From a bacterium (lineage in GTDB: Bacteria > CSSED10-310), in contig JBASEY010000033.1 of NCBI GenBank assembly GCA_049652745.1, forward strand, positions 20,159 to 84,158: 64,000 bases of DNA. The letters run 5' to 3'. Each line of letters starts with the position of its first letter. Position 1 is the stretch's first letter. The position numbers were made by a program, and so were the translations under genes. Positions 36,869-46,900 of this stretch are shown here, one piece after another. The notes beneath the pieces are model-generated. The model was not told the DNA's origin, did not search any database, and saw only the letters and a list, made by a program, of their open reading frames with translations.

Positions 36869-37915
36869 TTATTTCTCCAGATTCAGTTCCCAGCCGGGGC
36901 CTGTGCGTCCAATCAAATCAGCATGCAACGATCCGATTCGAACTTTGATTTGCAACTTCAACGGAACTGCTATCGTTTCGTCTGACAACCAGAATACAAC
37001 CTCGCTGCGCCTTTTCTCAAACATCCTGCCTTCCCATGTTGGAAGTGGTCTTCCCTGCAGCACCCGTCGGCTGATATTATCCGCCAAAGATAGAGGTGTT
37101 GTCGACGAAAACGTTATTTCAACAGGATAATTGCTTTTACCCTCCGAATTACTGTTCATTCGAACAACGGTGTTATCCCCCGGCTTAAATCTTCGCATGG
37201 CGTAAACACAAGCTATCGGATCCTTGCTGTTGGGCGGCAAATCATGCTCATGATCACCGGTCCAGGCCTTTCGCCGCCCTTGATCATAACGGGTTTCTTG
37301 AAACTTCCTGTATTTTCCTTCCCGCACATTTTTACTGTAGTAAATGGAATTGAACGTTTCTGGATCCATGATGCTCGTGAATACATCCCTAACTTTGAAA
37401 AAAGTAGAAAACGTCTTATTCGTCTCACCGGTTACAATAACCTTATATACCGCTTTTCCGTCATAATCAGATTGGGCATCCAGTTTCATCGTTATCGTAC
37501 CGGCGTTTATTCCCATCCATGATACTCTGTACGTCAAAGTTTCGCCTTCAGTGAAAATCGGGTTTTCCAACCGATGCTGAATATCTTTCCAGCTAAAAAA
37601 AGGGTTCTCTTCCATAAATACCGGCATATCGAATGAATCTTCATCAATATTTATCTGCTCTGTAGTCGTATTTTTATTTTGCAAATTTTCCATTTCTAAA
37701 TTTTCAGACTTGTCTTGATTCAAAAAATTCTGCATATCGTTATCCATCGATGTCAAATCGGTCGAAGCGCCGGCAATAGAATTTGAGATGTCCTCAATAA
37801 AGCCGTGTCCCAACACAAGCGAGAGAATGACAAACATCAGAAACAGCGACCGAAAGCGGGGTTCAATTCTGTTGTTCTTGTAAAATTGATGCCAAAACAA
37901 AAACATTCCTTTCAT
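36869..37915 (-). CDS. Signal-anchored hypothetical protein, possibly DUF3108-like, embedded in the LPS operon.
   Basis: The ATG at 37915 gives MKGMFLFW...RSLFLMFVILSLVLG. The track's TTG at 38020 would overlap rfaF by 47 nt. The family assignment is unsure. Confidence 0.45.
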   Translation of the reverse strand: MKGMFLFWHQFYKNNRIEPRFRSLFLMFVILSLVLGHGFIEDISNSIAGASTDLTSMDNDMQNFLNQDKSENLEMENLQNKNTTTEQINIDEDSFDMPVFMEENPFFSWKDIQHRLENPIFTEGETLTYRVSWMGINAGTITMKLDAQSDYDGKAVYKVIVTGETNKTFSTFFKVRDVFTSIMDPETFNSIYYSKNVREGKYRKFQETRYDQGRRKAWTGDHEHDLPPNSKDPIACVYAMRRFKPGDNTVVRMNSNSEGKSNYPVEITFSSTTPLSLADNISRRVLQGRPLPTWEGRMFEKRRSEVVFWLSDETIAVPLKLQIKVRIGSLHADLIGRTGPGWELNLEK

Positions 37916-37973
37916 TAAAAAATCGGCTGTTAGTCTGGGAATCGAGTATTCGGCGCCAGTCAATCTTAATGTT

Positions 37974-39017
37974 TTACCTTTTACGAAGCGCGGTTTCAAC
38001 TGTGTCGAGAACTTCCTCAACGGAAATGCTTCTCATACAGCGATGATCCATCGGGCAGGTACGATATTTACAAGGCCAGCAGTCAACTTGGTGATGCAGC
38101 ACGATATGCCGTTCTCCGTAAGGCCTGCTGAATAATGGGTTTGTCGGCCCAAAGAGGGCGATGGTCACCACAGATTTCAATGCCGCCGCTACATGCATCA
38201 TGCCGGAATCATTGGAGACGCAAATTCCTGCTTTTTCGATAAGCGCCGCCTGAGCCATGATGGAATAATCCGCAGCCATACTGAAACCTCTTTCAGATGC
38301 ACCTGCCAATATTTCGTCACTGACGGTTTTCTCGAGTCTGCCCCCCAAAAATACTACTCGAGCATTCCATCTTCGCACGGCTGCATTTAGAAAATCTGTG
38401 ACAAGATCGGGCGGCCAGCGCTTGGCTGATCCGAAAGCGGCTCCAGGAGCTACTGGAATTATCGGACCGTTACCAGGCAACCTCTCGATAAAAGCGGTCG
38501 CTTCTTCCCTGTCATGATCCGTAAGAAAAACCTGGGGACGATAACTGGTCTGTGATTGTCCGACAATATATTGCGCAATGGCAAGATATTGCTCGACCTG
38601 GTGGTGCACCATGGCATCTTCGGATAGATGGACAGGGTAATTCAACAGCATCCTTCTCAAATCATTGGGCCGACCGATTCGCACCGGTATTCCACCAGCA
38701 TAAGCCAGCAAGGCGGATTCAAAATTCTGTTGAAAAAGAACGGCTGTTGAAAAGTCCCGTTTTCTGATTTGTTTGACCATTTTGAAAAATGCGCGTATTC
38801 GGCCGGGAAACCGTCCAGGATTATATACGATCACCTCTGATACCGCAGGATGATTTTTAATCACGTCCTGCACCCATGGCTTCAGCAGCACAATCAATTT
38901 CAAGTCAGGGCGAAGGTCATGAAGCATCTCCAGGGCTGCGGTTGCCATAACGGCATCACCAATCCAATTCGGCATTCGAACAAGAACATCGCTGTTTTTT
39001 TCTATGATTTCATTCAT
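37974..39017 (-). CDS. rfaF: ADP-heptose:LPS heptosyltransferase (GT9, RfaF/RfaC-like).
   Basis: VLVRMPNWIGDAVMATAALEMLHD is the GT9 N-terminal signature. The ATG at 39017 overlaps the upstream stop as ATGA. Confidence 0.75.
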   Translation of the reverse strand: MNEIIEKNSDVLVRMPNWIGDAVMATAALEMLHDLRPDLKLIVLLKPWVQDVIKNHPAVSEVIVYNPGRFPGRIRAFFKMVKQIRKRDFSTAVLFQQNFESALLAYAGGIPVRIGRPNDLRRMLLNYPVHLSEDAMVHHQVEQYLAIAQYIVGQSQTSYRPQVFLTDHDREEATAFIERLPGNGPIIPVAPGAAFGSAKRWPPDLVTDFLNAAVRRWNARVVFLGGRLEKTVSDEILAGASERGFSMAADYSIMAQAALIEKAGICVSNDSGMMHVAAALKSVVTIALFGPTNPLFSRPYGERHIVLHHQVDCWPCKYRTCPMDHRCMRSISVEEVLDTVETALRKR

Positions 39018-39934
39018 TTTGGTTCCCATTGTTGTAGCACCGCTTTGGGAACCTTTGTCTTCCATCGCCGATGAAACCAGAAATACCAATCGGGATACCG
39101 GATGATCGCTTCCTCTAATAACGCCGCATAACTGCCCATCACTCTTCGGGTATCCTCTTCGACATTACCGGTCATCTCACGTTTTAACCTGGAAAACTGA
39201 ACCTCCCAAGTACCATCCCGTTGCGGATAGCAGAATGCCATGATTACTGCACAACCGGTTTTTGAAGCGATCTGTCCCGGACCTCTGTAAAAAGAGGTCG
39301 GACGATTGAAAAAAGGCAACCATAAACCTCCGCTTCGCCCGTTTTGATCAACCAGCATTCCAATAATTTCATTTTCTTTTAAATGCCGAAAAATGCGCAG
39401 AGCTGATTGGCTTCTCATGATCTCACCAAAACCCATGTCGGCATGTATCTGCGTAAACCATTTATCCAATCGTCGATTCTTCAACTTGTTTCGGATTATT
39501 TTCAACGGCGCTTTACCATGAACAGCCACGGCTGAAGCCAACAATTCCCAATGGCCAAAATGAGCTGAACAGACGATTATTCCTCTCCCCTCTTGCAAAG
39601 CTTTTGGAAATTCTTCCACGCCGACACATCTGACTTTTTTCTCCAGTGTCTGCATGTTTTTCCGCGCACTAAGCCATTCCCCGGTCAGCCGACCAAAATT
39701 GGCATAAACTTTTTTTATCAATCTCACTCTTTCCTGTCGAGCCATCTGTGGAAATGCTATTTGCAAATTATTGTCCACAACTCGATACCGAATGCGTAAC
39801 ACTCTCGCCATCGATCCCAAAGCCATGCATATACGATAAGCCAATGTATCGGGCATCACGCTGATCACATATAACAAGCCAAGTATAGGAAGAGTGACTA
39901 GGGTGTCAAAAAAATCTGTCAGCCTTTTTTTCAT
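39014..39934 (-). CDS. Second lipid A late acyltransferase of the LpxL/LpxM family.
   Basis: An N-terminal TM segment. The HX4E motif is HFGHWE. It is paralogous to the gene at 27571. Confidence 0.7.
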   Translation of the reverse strand: MKKRLTDFFDTLVTLPILGLLYVISVMPDTLAYRICMALGSMARVLRIRYRVVDNNLQIAFPQMARQERVRLIKKVYANFGRLTGEWLSARKNMQTLEKKVRCVGVEEFPKALQEGRGIIVCSAHFGHWELLASAVAVHGKAPLKIIRNKLKNRRLDKWFTQIHADMGFGEIMRSQSALRIFRHLKENEIIGMLVDQNGRSGGLWLPFFNRPTSFYRGPGQIASKTGCAVIMAFCYPQRDGTWEVQFSRLKREMTGNVEEDTRRVMGSYAALLEEAIIRYPDWYFWFHRRWKTKVPKAVLQQWEPK

Positions 39935-40983
39935 GATTCCTGCCGGCTCTTTATCATGCTCACTAAATGAGATATGAATTCTTCTTCCCGATCTATTTTA
40001 ACAACTATATCTAAAACACATACAGGCAAAGAAGCATTTAAATTTCGAGGGTAGCGGGATTCATCTTTCGCCGTTATTACCGCATGCGTACACTTCATTT
40101 TTTGAGCATTATGGATTTCCTCGAACCACTCGGCTTTCGTCAAAGCTTTATGGTCGCGGAAAGGTTTTTCATATTGAATGTTCAATCCGAATTTTTCAGC
40201 GGTTCGTTTGAAGCCGGATGGAGAACCAATCGAAGAGATCAATGCAATACGATTATTTTCACCGGACAAATCCATTTCTTGGTCGGTCCATACTTTTCGA
40301 ATACCGACAGGAACGTGGCTTGAGAAAAAAATCATTGTCGGATTTTTCTGGGAATGCAGCCATTTAAGATCATTTTCTGCCGGTTCGGAAATATCTGTGT
40401 GTGAGAATACGATGATATCCGCCCTTATCAGCCCGTCAACAGTCTCACGAAGTCGTCCTAACGGAAGCAATTTATCCTGAGTAAAAGGAAATCGAGAATC
40501 CAGCATTACGATATTGCAGTCGCGTGCAAGCCGTCGGTGCTGAAATCCATCGTCCAGCAACAGGCAATCGACGGCGTCTCGATCGATAATCCAGCGTGCA
40601 CCTTTTGCTCGATCATGAGAAACGACGACAGGTATTTTCGTCAAAACACGTGCCATCAAGGCTGTTTCATCTCCGTACTCTCGGTGATCGGCGTTTTCAG
40701 GCACCTTTTCCGGGTGGCGCCCTTTCGTGCCGCCGTAACCCCGACTGATAACCGCTGGTTTCAAGCCGGATTTCCATATCGAGTGGGCCAACTTTATGAC
40801 AAGAGGAGTCTTCCCTGTTCCTCCCACCGTCAAATTTCCCACGCTGATTACCGGTTTAGAAACCCTGATTTCCTTGAGAATCTTATTATCGTACATCCAG
40901 TTTCGAGATTTCGTCACACAGGAATAAGCTGAGCTAAGGCGTTTTGAGAACCAAAGAGGTAAAATATCCGCAACAGCTTTCAT
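39931..40983 (-). CDS. lpxK: Tetraacyldisaccharide 4'-kinase.
   Basis: The P-loop is ISVGNLTVGGTGKTP. Confidence 0.85.
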   Translation of the reverse strand: MKAVADILPLWFSKRLSSAYSCVTKSRNWMYDNKILKEIRVSKPVISVGNLTVGGTGKTPLVIKLAHSIWKSGLKPAVISRGYGGTKGRHPEKVPENADHREYGDETALMARVLTKIPVVVSHDRAKGARWIIDRDAVDCLLLDDGFQHRRLARDCNIVMLDSRFPFTQDKLLPLGRLRETVDGLIRADIIVFSHTDISEPAENDLKWLHSQKNPTMIFFSSHVPVGIRKVWTDQEMDLSGENNRIALISSIGSPSGFKRTAEKFGLNIQYEKPFRDHKALTKAEWFEEIHNAQKMKCTHAVITAKDESRYPRNLNASLPVCVLDIVVKIDREEEFISHLVSMIKSRQES

Positions 40984-42344
40984 GAGTTTATATCCCTTTT
41001 GCAGCCGATATTCTTTTTTCGATCCAATTCAAGCACATTTGAATTGTAAATCAAGCGGCGGATATGCGTTATATGCCTTTCAACAGCACCTCGATTAGCC
41101 TCCACGACCGCTAACGCGTTTTGGCCGACTTGTGCAGCCAGTTCAGGATTAAAAGAGAATTCCAGGATTGCTTCGGCAAGTTCTTGCGACGATTTCACGG
41201 ATCTACCGGCATCATAAATGAGAAGTTGGTTGACGGCGTCGGCGAAGTTCGCCGTAAACGGTCCAAACAGAACCGGCTTAGCCAATGCGGCCGGTTCCAG
41301 CACATTATGGCCGCCGATCGGCTGAAGGCTTCCCCCGACAAAAGAGATCGACCCAGTCGAGTATGCTTGAAAAAGCTCACCCATAATATCCAGAACAAGA
41401 ACCTGGCACGCCTGCCGATTTTCCGCGGGATATTGATTAAAACGTTCATATTCTGTACATCGAAAGGGTTTCAAGCCGGCTTTTTTTACCAGGTCACAGA
41501 CTTCATCGGCACGATTGACGTGCCTGGGCGCCAGTATCATTTTGAACTCGGGCAACTGTTTTAAAACACTGTTAAAAGCCTCACAAATAATTTTTTCCTC
41601 AGTAAGATGCGTGCTGCCGGCGACAAAAACTCGAGAAGGGTCATGCCAATTCAATACTTTTATACAATTTAGAACGATCGACTGAGTTTTCTCAGGCGTA
41701 CCCCTATCATATTTAACGTTTCCTGCATTGATAACCGTTTCTTTTAAAGCGCCTAACGCTATAATCCTTTCAGCATCCCGTGCACTTTGCATGATGAAAG
41801 TATCGACATTAGACAGCACCGGTTTGATAAACCATTTCAGTTTTAGATATTTAGGAAAAGAGCGGTCGGAGATGCGGCCGTTGGCGATGAGTATCGGAAT
41901 ACTCCGTTTATGACAAGCTTTTATCATATTCGGCCAGATTTCGGTTTCCATAATGATCAGTAGTGATGGCCGAATGGTTGATATAAAGCGGTTGACGATC
42001 CACGGCAGGTCAAAAGGAGTTTGGTAGACTTCTTCCAGACAATCCAGTTGCTTTTTGGCTGTATTGTACCCGGTATCGGTGTTGGACGTTAGATAGAAGC
42101 GAGTAGAGGGATGCCGTTTTTTAAGTTCTTTTATAATTGGTTCAGCAGCGAGTATTTCACCGACGCTTGCCGCATGTATCCAGATAGTCAATCCGGTTTC
42201 ACTGTTTTTGGGGTTTGAGATTCTAGCGATACGTTCCGAAAAGCCACGTTTGTATTTTCCATGCCAAAGTATCTGATGCAAGTACCAGGGCACGATCAAC
42301 GGTAACATTATTATCAGCGCAAGGGTGTAGACCAATTGGATCAT
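40980..42344 (-). CDS. waaA: 3-deoxy-D-manno-octulosonic acid (Kdo) transferase.
   Basis: IWIHAASVGEILAAEPIIKEL is the KdtA N-terminal signature. The GT30 fold is present. Confidence 0.85.
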   Translation of the reverse strand: MIQLVYTLALIIMLPLIVPWYLHQILWHGKYKRGFSERIARISNPKNSETGLTIWIHAASVGEILAAEPIIKELKKRHPSTRFYLTSNTDTGYNTAKKQLDCLEEVYQTPFDLPWIVNRFISTIRPSLLIIMETEIWPNMIKACHKRSIPILIANGRISDRSFPKYLKLKWFIKPVLSNVDTFIMQSARDAERIIALGALKETVINAGNVKYDRGTPEKTQSIVLNCIKVLNWHDPSRVFVAGSTHLTEEKIICEAFNSVLKQLPEFKMILAPRHVNRADEVCDLVKKAGLKPFRCTEYERFNQYPAENRQACQVLVLDIMGELFQAYSTGSISFVGGSLQPIGGHNVLEPAALAKPVLFGPFTANFADAVNQLLIYDAGRSVKSSQELAEAILEFSFNPELAAQVGQNALAVVEANRGAVERHITHIRRLIYNSNVLELDRKKNIGCKRDINS

Positions 42345-43558
42345 CGATCGAGTTCACTCATATATTCTAGCTGATTTTCGACAAAATTCAGTACGGTTTC
42401 AGCAGCCTTGTCCGAAGGGTCGAAAGAACCGAATTGCAATCGAAATCTGTCAAGATTGTCGAGCATTTCAGCCAGTATATCCTTGTTTTGCAGAATGTGT
42501 CGAGTCTCGATCAACAATCGATCCACAGATAAATCTTTTTGGATCAATTCCGGCACTGCTTTTTTCTTTAATATCAAGTTTGCAAAGCTGATGTTTTCGA
42601 CCTGGATCAGCATTCTGGCAAGTAGATATGTAAGGCGGCTTGATCGATAGACGACGATATGTGGAACTCCGAGCAAAGCGGTTTCCAGCGCGGCGGTTCC
42701 TGAAGTCACCCATGCAAAATCGGCGCTTTTCAAAACAGTCAGAGTGTCATTTTTCACGACACAGATAGAATTATTTGATTTAGACATATCGATAGGAAGC
42801 TTGTGTTCGGATATTGTGTCTGCCAGGGCGATAATTGTATGTATTGTTTTCGAGGAGTCAGGTCCAAAGGGACAAGCTGCGGCTAGTTTTTGTTGAGCTT
42901 CAAAAAACAGCGGTAGAATTCGATGGATTTCATTGTATCTGCTACCAGGAAGCAAGCCCAAGACAAAATCGGAATCTGACAGGCCCAACTTTTTTCTACA
43001 TTCGCTCCTTTCAGGAACTTTGTTGATTCGATTTAAAACCGGGTGCCCCACAAATTGCGCTTGTACTCCGCGAAGGCGGTACCATTCTTTTTCAAAAGCG
43101 AACAGCACCATCATTTGGTCAACATATTTTTGAATAGTTTCAACACGGCCGCTTCGCCAAGCCCACAATTGCGGGCTGACATAATAAATGACGGGCACAT
43201 TGAGTTTTTTCAGCTTTTTGGCAAGTCGAAGGTTAAAATCAGGATAATCGACAAGAATAGCAGCGACAGGCTTTTTTTCTTTAACCCTGCTGATAATTTG
43301 ATTCATTACACTCATAATTCGAGGAATTTTCAGAACAACTTCAGTTATTCCAGTCACACCCAGATCATCGACTCTATACCAAAGATCAACGCCTTCCGCT
43401 TGCATCGCCGAGCCTCCAACGCCGTAGAAAGCGCTTTTCGGCTGAATCTTTCGTATCGATCTCACCAGGGCGGCGCTCAACAAATCACCCGACAATTCAC
43501 CTGCAACTATCAGAAAATCATAGGAATAGTGCGCTTGTTTTGCTGGAGTTTTTCTCAT
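42341..43558 (-). CDS. lpxB: Lipid-A-disaccharide synthase.
   Basis: FLIVAGELSGDLLSAALVRSIRK...FYGVGGSAMQAEG. Confidence 0.9.
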   Translation of the reverse strand: MRKTPAKQAHYSYDFLIVAGELSGDLLSAALVRSIRKIQPKSAFYGVGGSAMQAEGVDLWYRVDDLGVTGITEVVLKIPRIMSVMNQIISRVKEKKPVAAILVDYPDFNLRLAKKLKKLNVPVIYYVSPQLWAWRSGRVETIQKYVDQMMVLFAFEKEWYRLRGVQAQFVGHPVLNRINKVPERSECRKKLGLSDSDFVLGLLPGSRYNEIHRILPLFFEAQQKLAAACPFGPDSSKTIHTIIALADTISEHKLPIDMSKSNNSICVVKNDTLTVLKSADFAWVTSGTAALETALLGVPHIVVYRSSRLTYLLARMLIQVENISFANLILKKKAVPELIQKDLSVDRLLIETRHILQNKDILAEMLDNLDRFRLQFGSFDPSDKAAETVLNFVENQLEYMSELDR

Positions 43559-43652
43559 CTCATCAATAAACTAGCATGGTTTCATCTGCATAAAAAGGGG
43601 TTATTTTTTAATTGACATGTCGAAACTCGCTAATTAGAGTTTCCACGATGTC

Positions 43653-43725
43653 GGGCCATTAGCTCAACTGGCAGAGCAGCGGACTCTTAATCCGAAGGTT
43701 GAAGGTTCGATTCCTTCATGGCCCA
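43653..43725 (+). tRNA. tRNA-Lys (anticodon CUU).
   Basis: Manual fold. The acceptor gggccat pairs with atggccc. The D-stem is gctc/gagc. The anticodon loop is cuCUUaa. The T-arm is gaagg-TTCGATT-ccttc. The discriminator is A and no CCA is encoded. Confidence 0.85.
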
Positions 43726-43977
43726 TAAAGCTGAAATAAATGGCAACAAGCTTTCTGTAAACCCGAATCGATTACTGAAAAATATAAACTCGATTAATCT
43801 TGTACAAGACACAAAATCGGTTAGTGGACTTGATATTTTTGATTCAAGTATCGCAATAATGCAATAAACAACGTGCTTCTTTTTTTACGTACAGGCAAAA
43901 TCATTGACAGATCGGCTTCAAAAAAGATAGAATTAAAGCTGATTAGCGTGTTTTTTTTGGAAAAAGGAGAATGTGTA

Positions 43978-46900
43978 ATGAAGATTAATCAGTATTTATT
44001 ATATCTATTACTTTTCCTTGTTGTCTTCAATTATGGTGTTTTAGCTGATACTCAATGGATCGACATGGTCAGCCCGATAAATCACAGTCAATGGAAGAAT
44101 ATTGCCGTTGGTGATCTCGATACTGATGGTATTCCGGATATTGTTGCTGCAAACCCTGATCCTAACGAACAGTTTTCCGATTATTCCGGTTTACCGGTCT
44201 GGCTGGGACAAATTTATAGTGGTTCACAGGCACCTTTTTATTGGGGGCTCTCTAGAGGTTATGAAATTTCGGGGACCAGCGTCAGTATGCCTCTCCCTGA
44301 TCCTAAAAATACTGCATCTCCGCATGTTTCATGTGTTTTCATTGGCAATACATGCAATTTAATGGGTGAATGGACTATGGAAATCGCCGAAAAGGCTCGA
44401 ATAAACCAGTTGTATGTTGTTTCCGGCGGGTCCGATTTCAATGCTGCGATCCCTTCCGGTGTATTTTGGCCTGATATATATCATCTGGATTATGATACGT
44501 GGAAATTTACTCAGATTGAATCCGGCAATTCATTCAAGGTGTTCAGTGAACGATATGGGCAACAAAGCAACAATCTGACGTTAGGAGTTCCATATACTTC
44601 CGATAGAGGGCAAATTGAGATTCTGGTCACACGGAAGACTAAAGGCAATGCACAGGATCCGGAAATTTTCCATATTGTTACTCAGCCTGCATTGGCCAAC
44701 GTGTATACCATCGATCGAATCAGTTACCCTGAAAGGCGGTATTTGACAGATAATACGGGTAATACTTTGATCAGACCCAGCGCCATCTTTGTAGATCGCT
44801 CATCCTTGATGCAGTTGCGTTATGATCCCAAACCTTTTGACGAGCCATTGACTAAGGGGCAAAAATGGTATTTTCATACCCCCCACGGACCGAAAACCAA
44901 TGAAGCATACAACTCAGTAAAATTGTTTGATGTCAACAGAGACGGGCAATTGGATATCGTTGCTGCGGGTCCCAATGGCATCGATATTTTTCTTCAAACC
45001 GGGCCGGCTATGAGCGATTGGGGATTTCAACCTATCAATCCTCGTAATGGTGTTCCGAACAATGGTTTTGTTGCATACTTAGGCGTAGGCGAAAATGAAA
45101 ACAATCACGTATATCCCAATGTCGTCAGGGACGATGTCTGGGTGGCTGAATATAAAGACGGCTTTTTTTCTGCTTATGGTTTATTTACCCATGCCAGCGG
45201 CCCAAGGTTTTTGCCTTATGAGCAAACATCAACTTACTGCCGCGAATTGACAATCAAGAGTATTACCGGCGGGCCGTTTATAAATGGAGACAAGTTTTAC
45301 TTTTCGGTCAAACGCGTAAACTGGGATATAAGATCCGGTCCGGACACATCCGCCGATTACACTGACATATTGGTCGATGATATCACAAGGAACGGTTATG
45401 CAGATATCATCGCTTCAAAAGCCACCGGCGGTTTTGATTATTTTTCTTTTAATGGAACAAATTGGATCAAGAAAGAGGGAATTACTTTCGGTAATGTCGT
45501 TACCAGTATGCTTCTCAAGGACGTCGATAATGATGGTTGGCTTGACTTGATAGCGTCCAGTAATCGAGGGGTGCATGTTTGGAGAAAATTGCCCGGCGGC
45601 GGATGGGATAGAGACACCGGACCGGCACAAGACAGATCGTTTTTGGGAGTGACTGCGGCGGATTTCAACAAAGACGGTTTCATGGATATAGCTGCAACTG
45701 AAGATCTTGGTGGAGATGTGGGCGCAATTCAAGTATGGTATTTCGATTCAGAAAAAGGTTGGTTTCAGCGTTCGCGGGCATCCGTCCCGACTCCTGATCC
45801 GAATAACGTCGGAAATGGTTTCATGAGTGTCGTCAAGGTTTCTCATATTCTCACTATTCCTGAGATTTGGACGCTGACATGCGATGTCGAAATGGCGAAT
45901 AGTGGCTTATTTCGGGTAACAGGGAGCCGTTCAGGCATCCAGTCGAAGATGGCAAGAGTGGGTGAAGCCTATATTTCTGACAGAGGTCAGGTTGAATTTA
46001 CGATTTTTGATGGTTTGGTAGATTACGCCGTCAATGACAAGTTTACTTTTAGAACGGGGCGGGGACCATTGGAGCTAAGAAAATTTGGCGCTATTGCCGC
46101 CTCCGACCTGAATAAAGACGGCAATATGGATATTTTTGCCACTTCGCTGAACAATTTCGGCATCGGTATCTGGCTGGGCAATGGGCATTATGGGTGGCTG
46201 GCCGAGACACCACCCGAATCCAGCAGCTCGTGGCAAACCCTTTCCGCAGACGTTGATCTGAATTTCGACGGTCACCCGGATATCGTCGCAGGAAGTTATT
46301 CACCTGGTGGAGGTATCCAGAACGGAATAAAAATATGGGTCGGCAAACATAGCTCTCCCAACGTCTGGAAAGATTGGATTTATAAGCCGATCATCAATGG
46401 AAGGTTTAATAAAATTGTTCATGCCGATTTCAACAATGACGGAAATCTTGATATAGCTCTGACCAGTGATGACCCGTCAAATGAGGGAATCTGGTTGCTG
46501 ACAGGGAACGGACAGGGAGATTTTGAGAAAATCACCACTCCTATAAGCGATGATACCAATTATTTTTCCATTTGTGCCGGTGATTTTAATCAGGATGGCC
46601 TATGTGATATCGCCGCAGGCAAAAAAGGCGAAGGATTCGACGTTTTCCTGAACGGCCCCGATTTTAGCTGGAGTAACAATACCAGTTCGATCATGGTAGG
46701 CGAAATTTACGATATCACCGCTGCGGACATCGATCGGGACGGGCATCTGGATTTGATCATCGCCCAAAACTACATTTCATCTGATCGACCGGGAGTGATC
46801 GTTTATTTCAACGATGGGAAAGGCAATTTTTCTGATTCGCAATCGATGCCGTTGTCGGCAACTGTATACAGCCATTGGAGTGTAGACGCCATCGATCTGG

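Noticed and set aside
43559-43977. An integrase, transposase or attachment repeat flanking tRNA-Lys.
   Set aside because: No mobile-element ORF is present, and no repeat of the tRNA 3' end was noticed by eye in the flanks. A systematic repeat search would still be needed.
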